DNA of 64,000 nucleotides from Eledone cirrhosa. Its lineage: Eukaryota. Position 1 is the first letter of the stretch. Each line of letters begins with the position of its first letter. The notes under the pieces are model-generated. The model was not told where the DNA came from. It saw only the letters and a list, made by a program, of their open reading frames with translations, and did no database searches. The DNA is taken from the NCBI GenBank assembly GCA_964016885.1, contig OZ024755.1, forward strand, positions 29,326,001 to 29,390,000, in the 5' to 3' direction. The position numbers were made by a program, and so were the translations under genes. Of the stretch, positions 29,520 to 44,226 are shown in pieces.

Positions 29520-29707
29520 CAGGGGTGGTGGATTGGCAGTATCGGTAGAGGGTCGGACGCCATGCTTTCCAGCATAGTTACGTCCCTTTACGATCTGAGT
29601 TCAAATCCCGCCGAGGTTGACTTTGCCTTTCATCCTTACGGGGTCGATAAAATAAAGTACCAGTAATGCACTGGGTAATTGCTGGCCTTGTGCCTAAAGT
29701 AGAAACA
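29520..29707 (+). mobile_element. SINE family A, intact young copy with 16-bp TSD
   Basis: attattctgttggtat at 29504-29519 and 29708-29723; clean A and B boxes. Confidence 0.92.
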
Positions 29708-29741
29708 ATTATTCTGTTGGTATACAACTATTATGCAGTAT

Positions 29742-29799
29742 ACACCTGAAGATGTCACCGGGTTGTTACGCAGCCTGGCCACTGAAATGTTTAGAGTGT
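29742..29799 (+). ncRNA. Degenerate HHR-like motif
   Basis: ACAC-CTGAAGA-tg..CCGGGTTG ttacg CAGCCTGG..ca-ct-GAAA-tgttta-GAGTGT; stems I and III are imperfect. Confidence 0.45.
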
Positions 29800-30774
29800 T
29801 TGCAGAAATAAATAATTAAGGGAATTCAACCTTTTCTTTAAGAAAGTGTAGGTTTAGTGTCAGGTGATCTACAAGTTCCGTGTGGATAATACATTTGTGC
29901 GGAAGTTTAGGGGAGAATGAAGAGTATTACCATATATCTTGAAATAGGCATTCCTCAAGATGATGTCTATTGCTTTTATTGTTTTGCTGTGGGAGAATGT
30001 AACGTTGAAATTGAAATGTTAGATCTTCACAAGATGTTTCAATTGCTATCTTCTCATGTTACTACACATATTTATTGTTTCCCAGTAGATACCAGCAGTA
30101 TGTTTTGTACATAAAAACATGATTGAAAGTGGCTATCATCTTTCTTTAATACCAATAATATACGCTACATTCTATGCAATAATCAGTGGAGAAAGCATTG
30201 AAATATGGTGGGAACAATGAAAGGTTACATCTGACGTCGTTTGGAAACAAACAAAAAAAGTCAATATATTACAAGATATCATGGAATAGGTTTACCAAAA
30301 TTTATGAATGCATTAGAAAACGTGTAGCTTCAGGAAATATTCGTAAAAGGGTTCGAGAAAAATTTCACCCAGAAATAAAAGGAAAGCCACACGAAATCAT
30401 TAGAGTTCAAGATGAACAAAGTCTTAGATCACAAAAAGAAATTATTCATTCAATTCAACGAATGAATGGTAAAACGTAGAGATTAGAGAAAGCTTGAAAT
30501 CGTATCAAGTAATTCAACCGTAATATGTTCCGAGAAGATAAATAAAGCATTTACTGGTCAATAAAAATTACAGAACAATGTGGAAATATTTTGAGATATG
30601 TGTGAGAAAGAAACATATACATGATCCAAATGTACAGATCCATAAATCGTAGTAATTAGATCAATGAAATCAAGAAAGCTATTGATAGAATGTTAACTAC
30701 ATAACGCAAAGTTTAATATGCATACTGTGTATGGGACCCCAGACAGAATGAAAGATGTTGCTTTGTACATATTC

Positions 30775-30960
30775 TTATCTTCGCCCACTTGTTCCTGAGA
30801 GGGTCGTGGGGTCAGAGTCCTTAAACACTCATTCCAGTTCGTCCTGTCAGAAGCAACCGTCTACAACTGATCCGGCTGGATACCCAAGCGTGACCAGCCA
30901 AGCTCAAGGTTAATATCCGACCATCTTGCTCGAGATCGACCCTTGGGTCTCATACCTGTT
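30775..30960 (-). mobile_element. RTE-clade LINE 3' end fragment
   Basis: Minus-strand translation RPKGRSRARWSD..LGWSRLGI..VASDRTNW..LRTLTPRPSQEQVGE. Confidence 0.65.
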
Positions 30961-31759
30961 GGTTTCGCCCGAAAAATCTGTCCAGCGATTCTTTCCTGAA
31001 ACATTCTAACCACATCTCTGAGCTGTGATCACTGAATTCGGAGAAGTAGTGGCTCCACCTGGAGTGACTTTCTGATCTCCGCACTACGCAATTTATGATG
31101 CAATTTGTACATGAATACACCCCCCCCCCCCCCGGTAGCACTGCCAAATGAGGGATTTCTGGAAGTTATCCATATTCCCCCATTCAAAGGTCTTACGAAA
31201 CTGAATGGTCGTTGACTAGGCGACCCTGCGTCCAGGACGACCCTAGGCCACGAATATTTAAATAACCTTCTCTTATGATGGCAATGTTGGCATGCTAAAA
31301 GAGAGAGGAAATGTTTCTTACTTCTCGTGGGATTGTCGGGATCGGATGGTTCCACCTCCATGGTTGAGAAGGTTCTTTTCGGGAACCCCTTTAAAAACCT
31401 TGACGGGGGTTTCATATTCGGCGTTTTCACGTGCCGAAGAAGGTTCTTCGTAATCTTTTTGTATGAACCGAGCGACATACCTACCATCAATATGTCCTTG
31501 GTACGCGAAATGTGCTGGTGCCGAATATTTTCCCACTTTTTTTCTATGTCTTGCCATCGTGTTATCACGTGCCTCAAATACTTGTTGGCCCTTCTTAAAA
31601 GCACGGAGTTGTGTGCTTTGTATTCTTGTTTTTTTTGTGGCTGTTTTCGAATGTAGAAATATAATCCGTTTATGGTATTCTTTTCTAATCTGTTCTTTCG
31701 TCTATGTCGTGAACCGTATCTAGTTCAATGATTCCTAAGTATTATTTCTTAATATTATT

Positions 31760-32268
31760 TTGGTGATGATGGTAATGACATGATGGTGGTGGTGGTGGTG
31801 GTGGTGGTGGTGGTGGTCTTGGTGATGATGATGGTGCAGGTGTTGTTGGTGGTTGTCTCGTTGATGGTGGTCTTGGTGATGATGAAGGTGGTGGTGGTGG
31901 TGGTGGTGGTTGTGTTGGTGATGATGATGGTGGTGGTGATGGTGTTGGTGGCGTTGGTGCTGGTAATGGTGATGAATATGATGATGATGGTGGTGGTGGT
32001 GGTGGTGGTGGTGGTGGTGGTGGTGATGTTGGTGATGATGATGGTGGTGATGGTGTTGGTAATGGTGATGAATATGATGATGATGGTGGTGGTGGTGGTG
32101 GTGGTGATGTTGATGATAATGATGATGATGATGATGGTAGTGATGGTGGTGGTGGTGGTGATGTTGATGATAATGATGATGGTAGTGATGGTGATAGTGG
32201 TGGTAATGATGATGAATATGATAATGATGTTGATGAATATGATGATGATGATGATAATAATAATAATT
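31760..32268. repeat. Compound (GGT)n/(GAT)n/(AAT)n trinucleotide microsatellite abutting a SINE tail
   Basis: Direct inspection; continuous with SINE family A (minus) at 32265-32437. Confidence 0.9.
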
Positions 32269-32769
32269 GTTTCTACTTTAGGCACAAGGCCAGCAATTAC
32301 TCAGTGCATTACTGGTACTTTATTTTATCGACCCCGTAAGGATGAAAGGCAAAGTCAACCTCGGCGGGATTTGAACTCAGATCGTAAAGGGACGTAACTA
32401 TGCTGGAAAGCATGGCGTCCGACTCTCTACCGATACTAATAATAATAATAATAATGAAAACGACGACAAGGAGGAGGACAATAACGATGCAAATGAAAAG
32501 CCTTGCATAAAAAAATCGAAGTAAATAGAAAGAAATCGATAACGATATATTGTTTATTCGACATTGGAAGATTACAAAACGAACACTATTGTGAGATTTT
32601 ATATAAAACTGACGAGACATATATAAAACTGTTTTTACACTTATAGGAAATAATATTTAGAAGAACGAGGTTAAATTACGAATGTTTGGTCAAACTTCTG
32701 ATCAAAGGTAAACCGAATAAAAACTGACTTATGTGTACACAACACCACCTATAACAAAAGTAGATATGG

Positions 32770-33050
32770 CACCCTTGGCAGTGGAGACCCTAGAGCTACT
32801 TCCCTACTCGTATACCATAAGCGCTGAGCTGGCTAGCTGTAGCAGTGGAGACTTCTGGTGTCCTTGGCCCTAGGGCTACTTCCCTACTCGGTGAGTTGGG
32901 CAGCCGCAGGTCTGAGCCCCGCAAGATGGAATGGCTTTTCCAGCGCATCTCCCTTACCATCCTCCGGGGAAACGCCTTCTCCATGCTGTCCGCCGGGCCT
33001 GTGGGGGAGGCCAGCACGTGGGACCCAATTTGCTCATAATGTTTTCCTGA
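32770..33050 (+). mobile_element. CRE-clade-like non-LTR retrotransposon 3' fragment
   Basis: PLAVET..AVETSGVLGPRATSLLGELGSRRSEPRKMEWLFQRISLTILRGNAFSML. Confidence 0.72.
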
Positions 33051-33329
33051 TATGCAGGTAGATAAACGAACTGCACAGATCGATGACCACCAGGCATATA
33101 TATATATATATATAAATAAATATAAGTATGTATACGTACATACATATATGTATACAGACGTACAGTAGTATGTATATATATATATGCACACATATATATA
33201 TACGTATGGATTCACCGAACATTTATTATAATGCTCGGTGTGTTTGTAAACAAACATCCCGAATTAAGCCGTACAGTGTCTAGTAACAATCGTTACTCAT
33301 TTGTTCAATATATATATATATATATATAA

Positions 33330-34785
33330 AGAATGAATAATAACAGGTAGACATCATAAAAAGGTAATTTATTCTGTGTGCTTACAAATGTTCCCACGGT
33401 GGTTATACAGCCTAGTTATGCTATGTGCAAATTTATAACTATTTGCAAAACTCAATTATCAAATGCTGTGACCACTGTATCATCAGAGCAGAATGGTTAA
33501 AATGTACAATGTAAATACCCTTAAGTGAGGTTATTGGTGAAGATAGAGTAGAAAAGGAAGAGAGAAAAGAAGGGGAGAGGAAGAGAGAGAGAAAGATATG
33601 AAGGGGTTGGAGAAATAGGAGAGAGTGGTTTGTAGATATCTTAATCAAAATGTTATGGTAGGGGTTTAATTATACTGGTTACACTTAAAGCGACCACCTT
33701 AAGCGATGCGTTGATAGTCAAGGTTGGAATTATTTATTGCCCCAGAGGGCAGGTTCATAGATGTGGAGAGGGAGGAAGGTAGGCCTAGGGCGAGAGAAAG
33801 AGAGTGGAATCGATATAGAGGGAGAGATAGAGAGGGGACAGATGAAAACTATGGGGTGGGTGAACTTTGGGTTCGTAGTAGTAATCTGCGAATTGCACTA
33901 AGTTACCATTTATAGTGATAAGCAGGGTATTGTCTTGTAGTGTTGGGGAAGAGAAGGTGGTTAGCTAGAAAGCAATGTTATAGTTACGGGTTCGAATGTT
34001 AAGTTATAGTGAGAGAATTTAGCTTTTAGCTTGTGGTTGCAGTATAATGATCGTTCGATTCTATCGTTAAGTAGTTTATTTTTGGATTTTAAGATGTAAA
34101 AGAGTTCAAGGTTATATAACCTACAGTACTTCAATCCACTCCGATATGCACTTGCGCTGGAAAGTATATCCCATTTTAAGGTGAACTGTTGGTTGCGTTC
34201 ACGGAGTTGCCAGGTCTTGTTGGCGAGCGTGGTCACAAAACGGTGATCAGGATGTTTAATTGAGAATCGATGACCGTACCAGCGAGATTTAAACGAGGTG
34301 GTGGTAGACCCGATGTAATACCATTTCTGGTCGTTCGATTCAACTGTGCATTGGTAAACAATGTTGGACTTTAGGCATTTATTCTTTAATGGACATCTTT
34401 CAGGTAGATGGCAGTTACAGTTTTTGTTGTGGGTAGCGGGTATACCATGGATAGGTTGTGATAGCAGTATAGGTGGGTGGTGTAATACCCGTCTCCCATT
34501 TAGTGGTTAGTAGGCAGATATTACGTTCTGCCCATCTGTTATCAAAATATTATGTTTTGTAGTGTTGTTTAATTGCTTTAAGTTAAGTTCTTTTATGTAT
34601 GCTTCAAGGTTTGGTCCCGTGGAGTATGGAAGGATCAGGAACTTTGGTGCCCGGAATACAGAAGGATCAGGATACAAGTTTCTTCAACAATTCTTCCATA
34701 ACTCGTTGAGTAACCTCTCACCGTACGTCAACCCTATCCAGTGTAGTAATTAACCATTACTGCATCTAGGATAATCCTATACCTA

Positions 34786-34787
<2 letters not shown>
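33330..34787 (-). mobile_element. Penelope-like element remnant (Naiad-like GIY-YIG endonuclease plus 3' UTR), (TA)n-flanked
   Basis: Minus frame ~34440-33961 reads CNCHLPERCPLKNKCLKSNIVYQCTVESNDQKWYYIGSTTTSFKSRWYGH...KWDIL...CRLYNLE...LLNDRIE...CNH (CxCx5C linker, VY..YIG). HHR-like motif downstream. Confidence 0.85.
33379..33490 (-). ncRNA. HHR-like motif with ~85-nt extended stem II and A13G core change
   Basis: TGCT-CTGATGA-TACAGTGGT...ACCACCGTG-GGA-ACATTTGT-A-AGCA, located in the PLE 3' UTR. Confidence 0.6.
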
Positions 34788-34864
<77 letters not shown>

Positions 34865-35646
34865 ATTGTATATCAGGAAGAGAGGGTGGAGATTTTATGC
34901 AGAAATTTGGTGCATCAGAGGAAAGTAAGATGTAGTATTTAGAAAACACATGTTCTAAAATCACGCGTTGCTTTTCATATGTAAATGGACATGATCTACA
35001 AGAGCTTTCTGGGAGTGTATTGCATTAACCATATGAAAACATGTCATCGGCTTCGCATAATGTCTGACACTGGCCTTACTTTAAAAGAAAGAACTGAATC
35101 CATACGCTAGAAGTATATTCTATTCATACTAGATATATATTCTATTCATACAGTGCATGAAATATTCAATAACGTACGCAAACACAAACCATGTAATGAA
35201 CACATGCAATATATTCGTATTTTTTTTCAAACGAATGCTCTCAGTGAACCTTTATATAAAAATCAATTCATTTCCGCCTCATTGATATGGTTCTTTTGTA
35301 ATAGATAAATCAATTAGTTTCCTTGCTAATTTATACAAATTCAAGTACTTAGAAGCTTCCCGAAACTCTCAGAGTTGCCTATCAAACGAAACATTAGATA
35401 AGAGATGAGCATCGATTTCAATATATAATCTAATGCTAAAAACATCTATATTGGATCTGATCTCACAAACTCACACAGATATTTATATATATAAATATGC
35501 ATCATATACATTTTAGATTGAAATCAATCCGATGCATCATTCTGCATGGTGTGTGGAGTATATATATATATATATAATCCAGCTGGTGTTATTAAGTTAG
35601 ACATGACCTGGGCCAATACTGGCCGAAACCTATCAACGTTATCAAT

Positions 35647-35729
<83 letters not shown>

Positions 35730-35830
35730 GTAAGGGATTAATCAACTGAGTAGGTGGGGATAAGATAACGGTCCCTCGGTAGTGAAGTAGATAGACGAAA
35801 GCACTCAACGACCTGTGTAAAAGTGCAAGT

Positions 35831-35865
<35 letters not shown>

Positions 35866-35872
<7 letters not shown>

Positions 35873-36990
35873 GTTAAGAATGCGATAGTCAATAGTGTAC
35901 AACAAAGATTGTCCAGACTTTCTGCTAATAGATCTATATTTAATAGTAAGGCTGTATATTATAATGAAGCGCTACATAAAGCTGTATATAACAATAACAT
36001 TGAGTATATAGATAAACATACTGAAATCCATCATAATAAAATTAATTATAATCATAAAAATGAATATAAACACAACAACTGGATGAATAAATCAAAGAAG
36101 AAAGTAAGAACTAGATCTATAATTTGGTATGCACTGCCAGCATCCTTATGTATTAAGACACTTATTCTTCAATAGACACACAGTTAAACACACAGTTAAA
36201 CTCTCATACTCTACTACTATGAATATAGCTCAAAATATAGCAAAAATAAATAATAAGAATCTAAAATCAAACCAACCTCTACTAAGCAACAACAATAATA
36301 ATAATAATCGATTAATTAATAGAAATAACAATAATAATAGTCTAAACGTGAATAATAGTATAATACCTTTAAATAGCAATGCGAATGGTATAATACCTGT
36401 AAATAACAATGAGAATAATTATAATTGAAGAAATTGGTCCAAATAATTGCCTTGATAACAATATTGTATATGAATGTACCATTAAGGCAAATGGTAATGT
36501 ATATAATCACATAGGTGCCACTTCATCTAAATTTAAGGACCGGTGGTTTAATCATACCTTCAATAGACCGGATAAACAATTTTCAACTTCACTTTCACAA
36601 TTAGTATGATCTTTAAAAGACAATAACATTAAATACTCCATCTCTTGGAGAAAATTAAGTGGTACTATCCCGTACAGAAACTCTGCCATCTAAGAATTTT
36701 GCCATCTTTGCAATGAGGAAATCCTTCACAAAATCAAAAACTATGACAATTTAATCAACAAAAAGAATGAATTATTTAGTAGTTGTCATCATAAATTTGG
36801 TAAGACTTTCCAGGCAATGTACCAGTTCCCCAAAATTAAGGACAAATAACACCTTGAATATATGTAAATTCTGCCTAATTGAAGTGATGATCTATAGATA
36901 TTTATATGTAATAGCATAACCTCATTGAGAGTTTTTTTTATCCTACGAATTGATTATGATAGCTGACTATTTAATTTGACATGAATTAAG
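35866..36990 (+). pseudogene. Decayed Penelope-like element (RT thumb, linker, GIY-YIG; Naiad-like)
   Basis: RLSRLSANRSIFN..YNEAL..; R.R.IIWY..P; FNRHTVKLSYSTT.N; CLDNNIVYECTI..HIGATSSKFKDRWFNH; CHLCNEE..LINKKNELFSSCHH. Multiple stops and frameshifts. Confidence 0.85.
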
Positions 36991-37019
36991 ATATATACGA
37001 AGATATATAAGATATATAT

Positions 37020-37232
37020 GAAGGCGTGTAGCTGAATGGTTAGAGAATTGGATTCACAATCTTGAGGTTGTGAGTTCGATTCCTGGACCGCGCGATGCGT
37101 TATGTCCTTGAGCAAGACACTTATTTCACGCTGTTCTTTCTACCTGGAGTTGCGACCGATAGATAGTACTACCAACTTGAAAGACCAACAGAAACAATGT
37201 TTCCTCGGTCCGATTTGACGAAAATCGATCGA
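37020..37232 (+). mobile_element. SINE family B
   Basis: gaaggcgtgtagctgaatggttagag..gagttcgattcctgg..tgtccttgagcaagacactt; homologous to 7985-8198. Confidence 0.85.
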
Positions 37233-37884
37233 TATATATATATACATTAGATATGTTGAGGGTCTTAAAAAATCGTTGGACGAGAGTAAAGATATTCCCT
37301 ATAAGTTAAAAAATGTTTTCTACATTTTAAAAGAGTTATCTTCCTTTTGTTTAGATTGTCTGTAAATGTTATTAGCTTGCCAAAAAAATATAGATTAATA
37401 ATTAATATTTAATAGTTTAATAATACATAGACTATTATTAAACTTAAACTATATATATTAGAATAATTAAGTATGGAAGTAAATATAAATATAACCCATC
37501 ATTAAGTGAAATAAAGTTTATGGAGAGTAAACATAACCATAGTTAGATTTTAAAAAATAAATGAAAATTAAAAATAACGAAGTTTCACATAAAATAGAAT
37601 TTTGAATTAATTTAGATGATAACTGAATAACTATATTGATGTGGATATATGCATTTTTAATATATCTTAATACCGATTTAATATTTATTTAATAAGCATT
37701 AAAGAAAAATTGTTTAATTATTACAATATAATGCTAAATAGAATATCTTACCTTATAATAAATCATTGTCATAATCTAGAATTCAATTAATTTAAGCATA
37801 TAAATTTGTAATGAACTTAAATATTCGATTGCCGTTGAAATTAATCTATGCCTAATAATCTAGATATATTATAAACTTATAATA

Positions 37885-38020
37885 ATCTCGCCGAGGTTAA
37901 CTTTGCCATTCATCCTTACGGGGTCGATAAAATAAAGTACCAGTCACGCACTGGGATCGATTTCATCGACTTTTCCGTCCCCCCAAAATTGCTGGCCTTG
38001 TGCCTACATGAGAAACCATT
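37885..38020 (+). mobile_element. 5'-truncated SINE family A with TSD
   Basis: Core and tail present; aaacttataat repeated on both sides. Confidence 0.75.
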
Positions 38021-38459
38021 GTAAACTTATAATTAACTGAAGCGTAATCCAATACAAGTGTTATTCACTGATAAATAATATGAAAAGTTTTTTGAATTTT
38101 TGTCTATCATTTGAAAACAACGGGTTTTTGTATTCTCTCCTTTACTTTATCTTTTCCTTGTCCTTTTCTTCTTTATCCACTTTCAACTCCCCTTCTATAT
38201 TTCTTCGTTGCTTTACGCTCTCTTCTTCTCTAAGTTTATCATATTATTTGTGGTATATAAATGTTGAGCGTTGGTGAAATAACTTACTGCCACTACAGGA
38301 ATCGAAGATTCAAGACCTTAGCGGTATGTCGTATAACCAATCTCTTATATATTTTATCTGATGAAAACGTACTGAAACACCATTGTACCTTTGAAATATG
38401 TATAATAAAATATATACTTTGGTTATGATATTTCTCATTTATTAATATATGGAATAATA

Positions 38460-39125
<666 letters not shown>

Positions 39126-39341
39126 ATGGATGGACCAGTTATTTTCATCTAAAGACATTTATTTCCAATTCCAACCCGCCCGTCCCCTCAATCTATCTTA
39201 TTTCTCATTCTTTCTTCTGATGAAGGAATACCATCCGAAATATTAAGACCCTCTTCCTGCTATATCAAGCGTTAACCTGACACATCCCTTCCATATACTG
39301 TACCGATTGTGTTGTTATTTCTGTTTGCATTTTACATACAT

Positions 39342-39440
<99 letters not shown>

Positions 39441-39741
39441 GTGGAAGTATACAATTAAAAAATGGAGTATAAAACCTATAAAACTTATAGATTATAATTT
39501 CCAGTCACGGACTGAGGCGATAGCTCAATGTTTATCACATGCAAGACAAGCGTTAAGAAAAGAATTCGTTTAGAGCGTTGAAAAAGTTAGTGAAGCATTT
39601 AGGAAATAAGCAGAGCATATAAATTCAAAAGTATTTGAAACAAATTAACCAAATTCATTTAAGAACTGTTAATTTAGTTCAAATACACTTTTATATATAT
39701 ATATATATATATATTATTATTGGTGCTCTGAAATAGCGATA

Positions 39742-39900
39742 TATATATGAATGTATGTATAGTATATTTGGCAATATACCGTATGTTTAATTAAAATCAT
39801 TTAGAAGACCATACGCTATCACTTTAAAGCTGATAGCGAATGATCCTCTAAATGTTTTTAATTAAACATACGGTATATTGCCAAATATACTATACATACA

Positions 39901-39908
<8 letters not shown>
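39742..39908. repeat. (TA)n-flanked inverted repeat (~62-bp arms with inner hairpin)
   Basis: gaatgtatgtatagtatatttggcaatataccgtatgtttaattaaaa / ttttaattaaacatacggtatattgccaaatatactatacatacattc. Confidence 0.8.
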
Positions 39909-39929
<21 letters not shown>

Positions 39930-39935
<6 letters not shown>

Positions 39936-40297
39936 GTTCTACTTTTTGGCACAAGGCCAGCAATTACGCAATGCATTACTGGTACTACTTTATTTTATCG
40001 ACCCCGTAAGGATGAAAGACAAAGTAAACCTCGGCGGCATTTGAACTCAGAATGCCAAGGACCGTAACTCTATGCGTCAAAGCATGGCGTATAATATACA
40101 TATAATTCTTTCTACTTTTTGGCACGAGGCCAGCAATTAACCTGTGCATTACTGATACTTTATTTTCATATATACATATAATTGTTTCTACGTTAGGCAC
40201 AAGGCCAGCACATACCCAGTGTATTACTGGTACTTTATTTTATCGAGCCCGTAAGGATGAAAGGCAAAGTTAACCTCGGCGGGATTTGAACTCAGAA
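39930..40297 (-). mobile_element. Tandem partial SINE family A copies
   Basis: Three tail/core segments tctac.t(t)ggcac.aggccagca. Confidence 0.8.
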
Positions 40298-40489
40298 TAT
40301 ATTTTTCATATATACATATGTGTGTGTATCTACATATGTAGGTGATCAACTCCAGGCATGTGCGTGTTTGGCCTATTCTATTCTATTCTTTAATTTTGGC
40401 ATCAACTATTTCGACACCATATTTTCACTTGTGTATGCGAATGTGTTTACTAAGGTCATATTTCCTGGAATAATCATTAATGATATCGA

Positions 40490-40558
<69 letters not shown>

Positions 40559-42938
40559 TGTTATAACCGGAAATGAATAGAGAATGTATGATTCTAAATA
40601 AATTCAGTTTATGGCGTGCTTGCTAACCATTCCATATTCATTTTTTTGTTGTTGTTAATATGTTTGCATTTAGAGTTACCAGTAGAATTATGTTTGTAAT
40701 CAAGGATTTAATTAAATATCTTTACTCATTTAACTTCTGTGTTATTAAATGTTTCACTTCGTATCAGAATATTTGATTGGTATTTAGAATGGTGATAGAT
40801 AATGATCCTTTTATTTCATTTTGTCTATGCCGTAGAGAATGGTGCTCTCCTCCAATGATACGTGGTAAATTCGTGGTAAATGATACTTGAAACGACTATG
40901 GACCTAAATACATTAAATACTATTTACAAGCTTGAACGTATGTGTTTCAGTTGAACGATTTCTGATTTCTAATATTAGTACACTTATTGTTTCTTTATCC
41001 TTTGATGAATCAGAAATGTTTTTTTATTCATTCACACTTTTAGACTAAGAGATTGTGGTAAAGTTGTTGTTTTTCAGATAAAAATGAATACGTTCCATCT
41101 AATGTCTGAAACCATAAAGTTAGAAATGGAAGTATTGTGTGGTATAAATCAAACATTAGTGCAAATCTAAGCACAAATATTCCCCAACAAATTCGAAGTC
41201 ATGTTTGTCAATGAGAATTGAAGGCCTACTCTGTCGCAAAATTTCATCTGATTTAATTTCACCTAATATACGAAATTTAATTAGCAGTTAAAATATGTAA
41301 TATTTCAGTAGATATTTGATCTTCTAGTTCTTCAAGCTGTGCCTACTCTTGAATTTCACCAGTCTATGCGAGCCTGTGAACCTTACGGGCAATATGCCAT
41401 CTTTTCTGACTAAATAAAAGAAAAGGAACAAATATTTCCCTTATGTTTCTTATTTAAATTCCTTGTTACTGATCTGATTTATTTTTTATCTTTAACCTTG
41501 TTGGTAATGGTGTTTATATAGTTTGATTATAATTTCCAATATCTTGGTTAGGTATTTGTTTTCCTTCGATTCCTGAGTCGATATTACTGATACATTTATT
41601 TGTTGAAAAAGTATTGATGTGTTTGAATCCATTTAAAAGATTTAATTAAAATCCAAATATATAAAAACAAGTCGTTTCCTTATCATTCTGTATATCATGC
41701 TGGTATAATTTAGAAAGATTGGACATAAAAGCAAATATTATTCTTAATCTGTTCATTTGAATTCTATTCATATGTAAACAAAATTTGCTCACAATTTTCC
41801 CATCTGAATTTCTTGGCCATATATTTGCTCATTATTTAATGTTTCTTTTTTAGTATCTTCAAACGTGATTATTTACCTATATATGATCCGCTGCAATGTA
41901 TTGGACAGTGGAGACATTCCTGACTGGCATATTCTCATTAGTCCTCTCAACTGAGAATCGATATATTTCGAAAACATAATTGGATTTCAAACAGGATATC
42001 TTGTCTTCAACGTTATTGTTCCTGATGATTACGAAATTTTAACTTTCATAAGATTTTTTTTTTTTTATAGATAAAGAAAGAATCATCAAACGTATGGAAA
42101 CTGATATTTCTGTTAATGATTTCGTTTCTGTTAAAAGTTATTAAATGAGACTGTAATATTTCAATATTGAACATTTTTGAAGGGACAAAATATTTAGTAC
42201 GGCACCCCCATCTATATTCCATTAACTGCTACGAATAATATTTTCAAACAAACAAACGGTATAATATCTAATAAGGCAAGTTCTTTTCAGCCCAATTGAT
42301 ATTTCCCTTGCATATTCTCCGTAAATATGATATCAACAGCGTAGCCCCAGCTAGGTCTCTTGACGTGCTAAAATAGCGGCCAAGTCATTCATATATCACA
42401 TTCTAAGACCGTTTATCATTCTGAAACGATTAAACATTGTTGTATGATTTCGTCTTAAATAAAATACGTTCTACAGATACCAGTACAATCAAATGTATGT
42501 GTTATAATTTTAAAGACTGATTTAAGACAGATGTCATTATTCCCAGCATTCATTATTCCCAACTGAACATAGGTGAAGTAAAATCACGTTGGTGACATAT
42601 ACTATTCATGAGTCGATTGCACAATAAAATATAATTTAGCTACCGAATAAATATAACTCCAACATATATCTGTAATACATAATGTATAGCTCAGCCTGAC
42701 ATATTACCACGTTGGAATAATTTTAGAGAAATTATAATTATTAAAGTTGTCTTATTTGTTTTGTAAAATTTCTTATCTGAAAACGTGTGTTGAAACAGAT
42801 TTTGTTATACTTTGCGAGGGTCATGTTGCCAATAAAAACACACGCACCCATAAGTTTTCACTTCAATTTATTATAAATTTCCGGTTGGTTGTTTGAAATG
42901 AAATCTATTTCTATGCACGTCCCTGTTTCTTGATATAG

Positions 42939-43005
<67 letters not shown>

Positions 43006-43410
43006 CGGGGGTGGGGGTGGGTGGTGGGTGGGTGTGTGGGTGTGTGGGTGGGTGGGTGTGTGTGTGTGTGTGTGTAGGTGTGTAGGTGTGTCGGTGTGTG
43101 TGTGTGTGTAGGTGTATCAGTTTCAGCGTGTAAACATACATTATTTTCCCGATGAATAAAGAGAGCAACTACAGGACCACTGCCGTTTTACAAAACGCCT
43201 ATTTTTCATATAAACACTCCTCGGGTAATTATGCGTACAATGTATTATTGGTGGAGTGATTCTTGACATTAGCTTTTTGGAAGGGAACACTTCAGCTTCG
43301 GTAAAACATAAGCTAAACCCTGACAACTACAACTAGTATCATTCTACTTGAACACTGCCAGGATTAGCGAACTGTTCTGTAATATAAACAGTGACTATTG
43401 AAATAATGCT

Positions 43411-43490
<80 letters not shown>

Positions 43491-43899
43491 AAAGTTCTAT
43501 TTAAAGTTGTTGGGACACAACAAGTAAATATTTTTATAACTGATATAAAGCACTCGACAAGTTTTTGGAGTAGATATACGATATTAATAAATGGAAACTA
43601 TATTTATAAAACCATATTTATTTCATTATACATATTTCAGGGATACCACATTAAATTATGGTATGCCTTCATCAGACAAAATACAATATATAACAGTTTT
43701 ACAAATAGCTTTGACGTACCCAGACAGCCTCCAAAACTAATGGTTGTATTTTAAAAGGGTACGTCAAAGCTATTTGTAAAACTGTTATATATTGTATTTT
43801 GTCTGATGAAGGCATACCATAATTTAAAGTGGTGTCCCTGAAATATGTATAATGAAATAAATATGGTTTTATAAATATAGTTTCCATTTATTAATATCG

Positions 43900-43935
<36 letters not shown>

Positions 43936-44181
43936 TAGTGAGAGAGTGAGAGAGAGAGAGTGATAGAGAGAGGGGGGCAGGTATGCATGTATGACTGCTT
44001 GATTCGAAGACCAACTAGACGATTAATTGAATCGTTTTCAACGCGTAACTTACATTACCTCACCTACATGTAATAGATATCCATTGTATATGCTTACATA
44101 CATACATACATACATACATGCATGGATACATACACATATGCACACACACACGCCCACAGACACAGACACACGCGCACACAC

Positions 44182-44219
<38 letters not shown>

Positions 44220-44226
<7 letters not shown>

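Noticed and set aside
29520-29610. tRNA genes at A/B-box sites
   Set aside because: Boxes are SINE heads followed by a conserved core and tail with TSDs; no cloverleaf.
40800-42100. Possible ancient LINE remnant (also 9300-9800 and 13300-13900)
   Set aside because: Only vague coding-like composition with no diagnostic motif readable by eye; needs RepeatMasker or tBLASTx.
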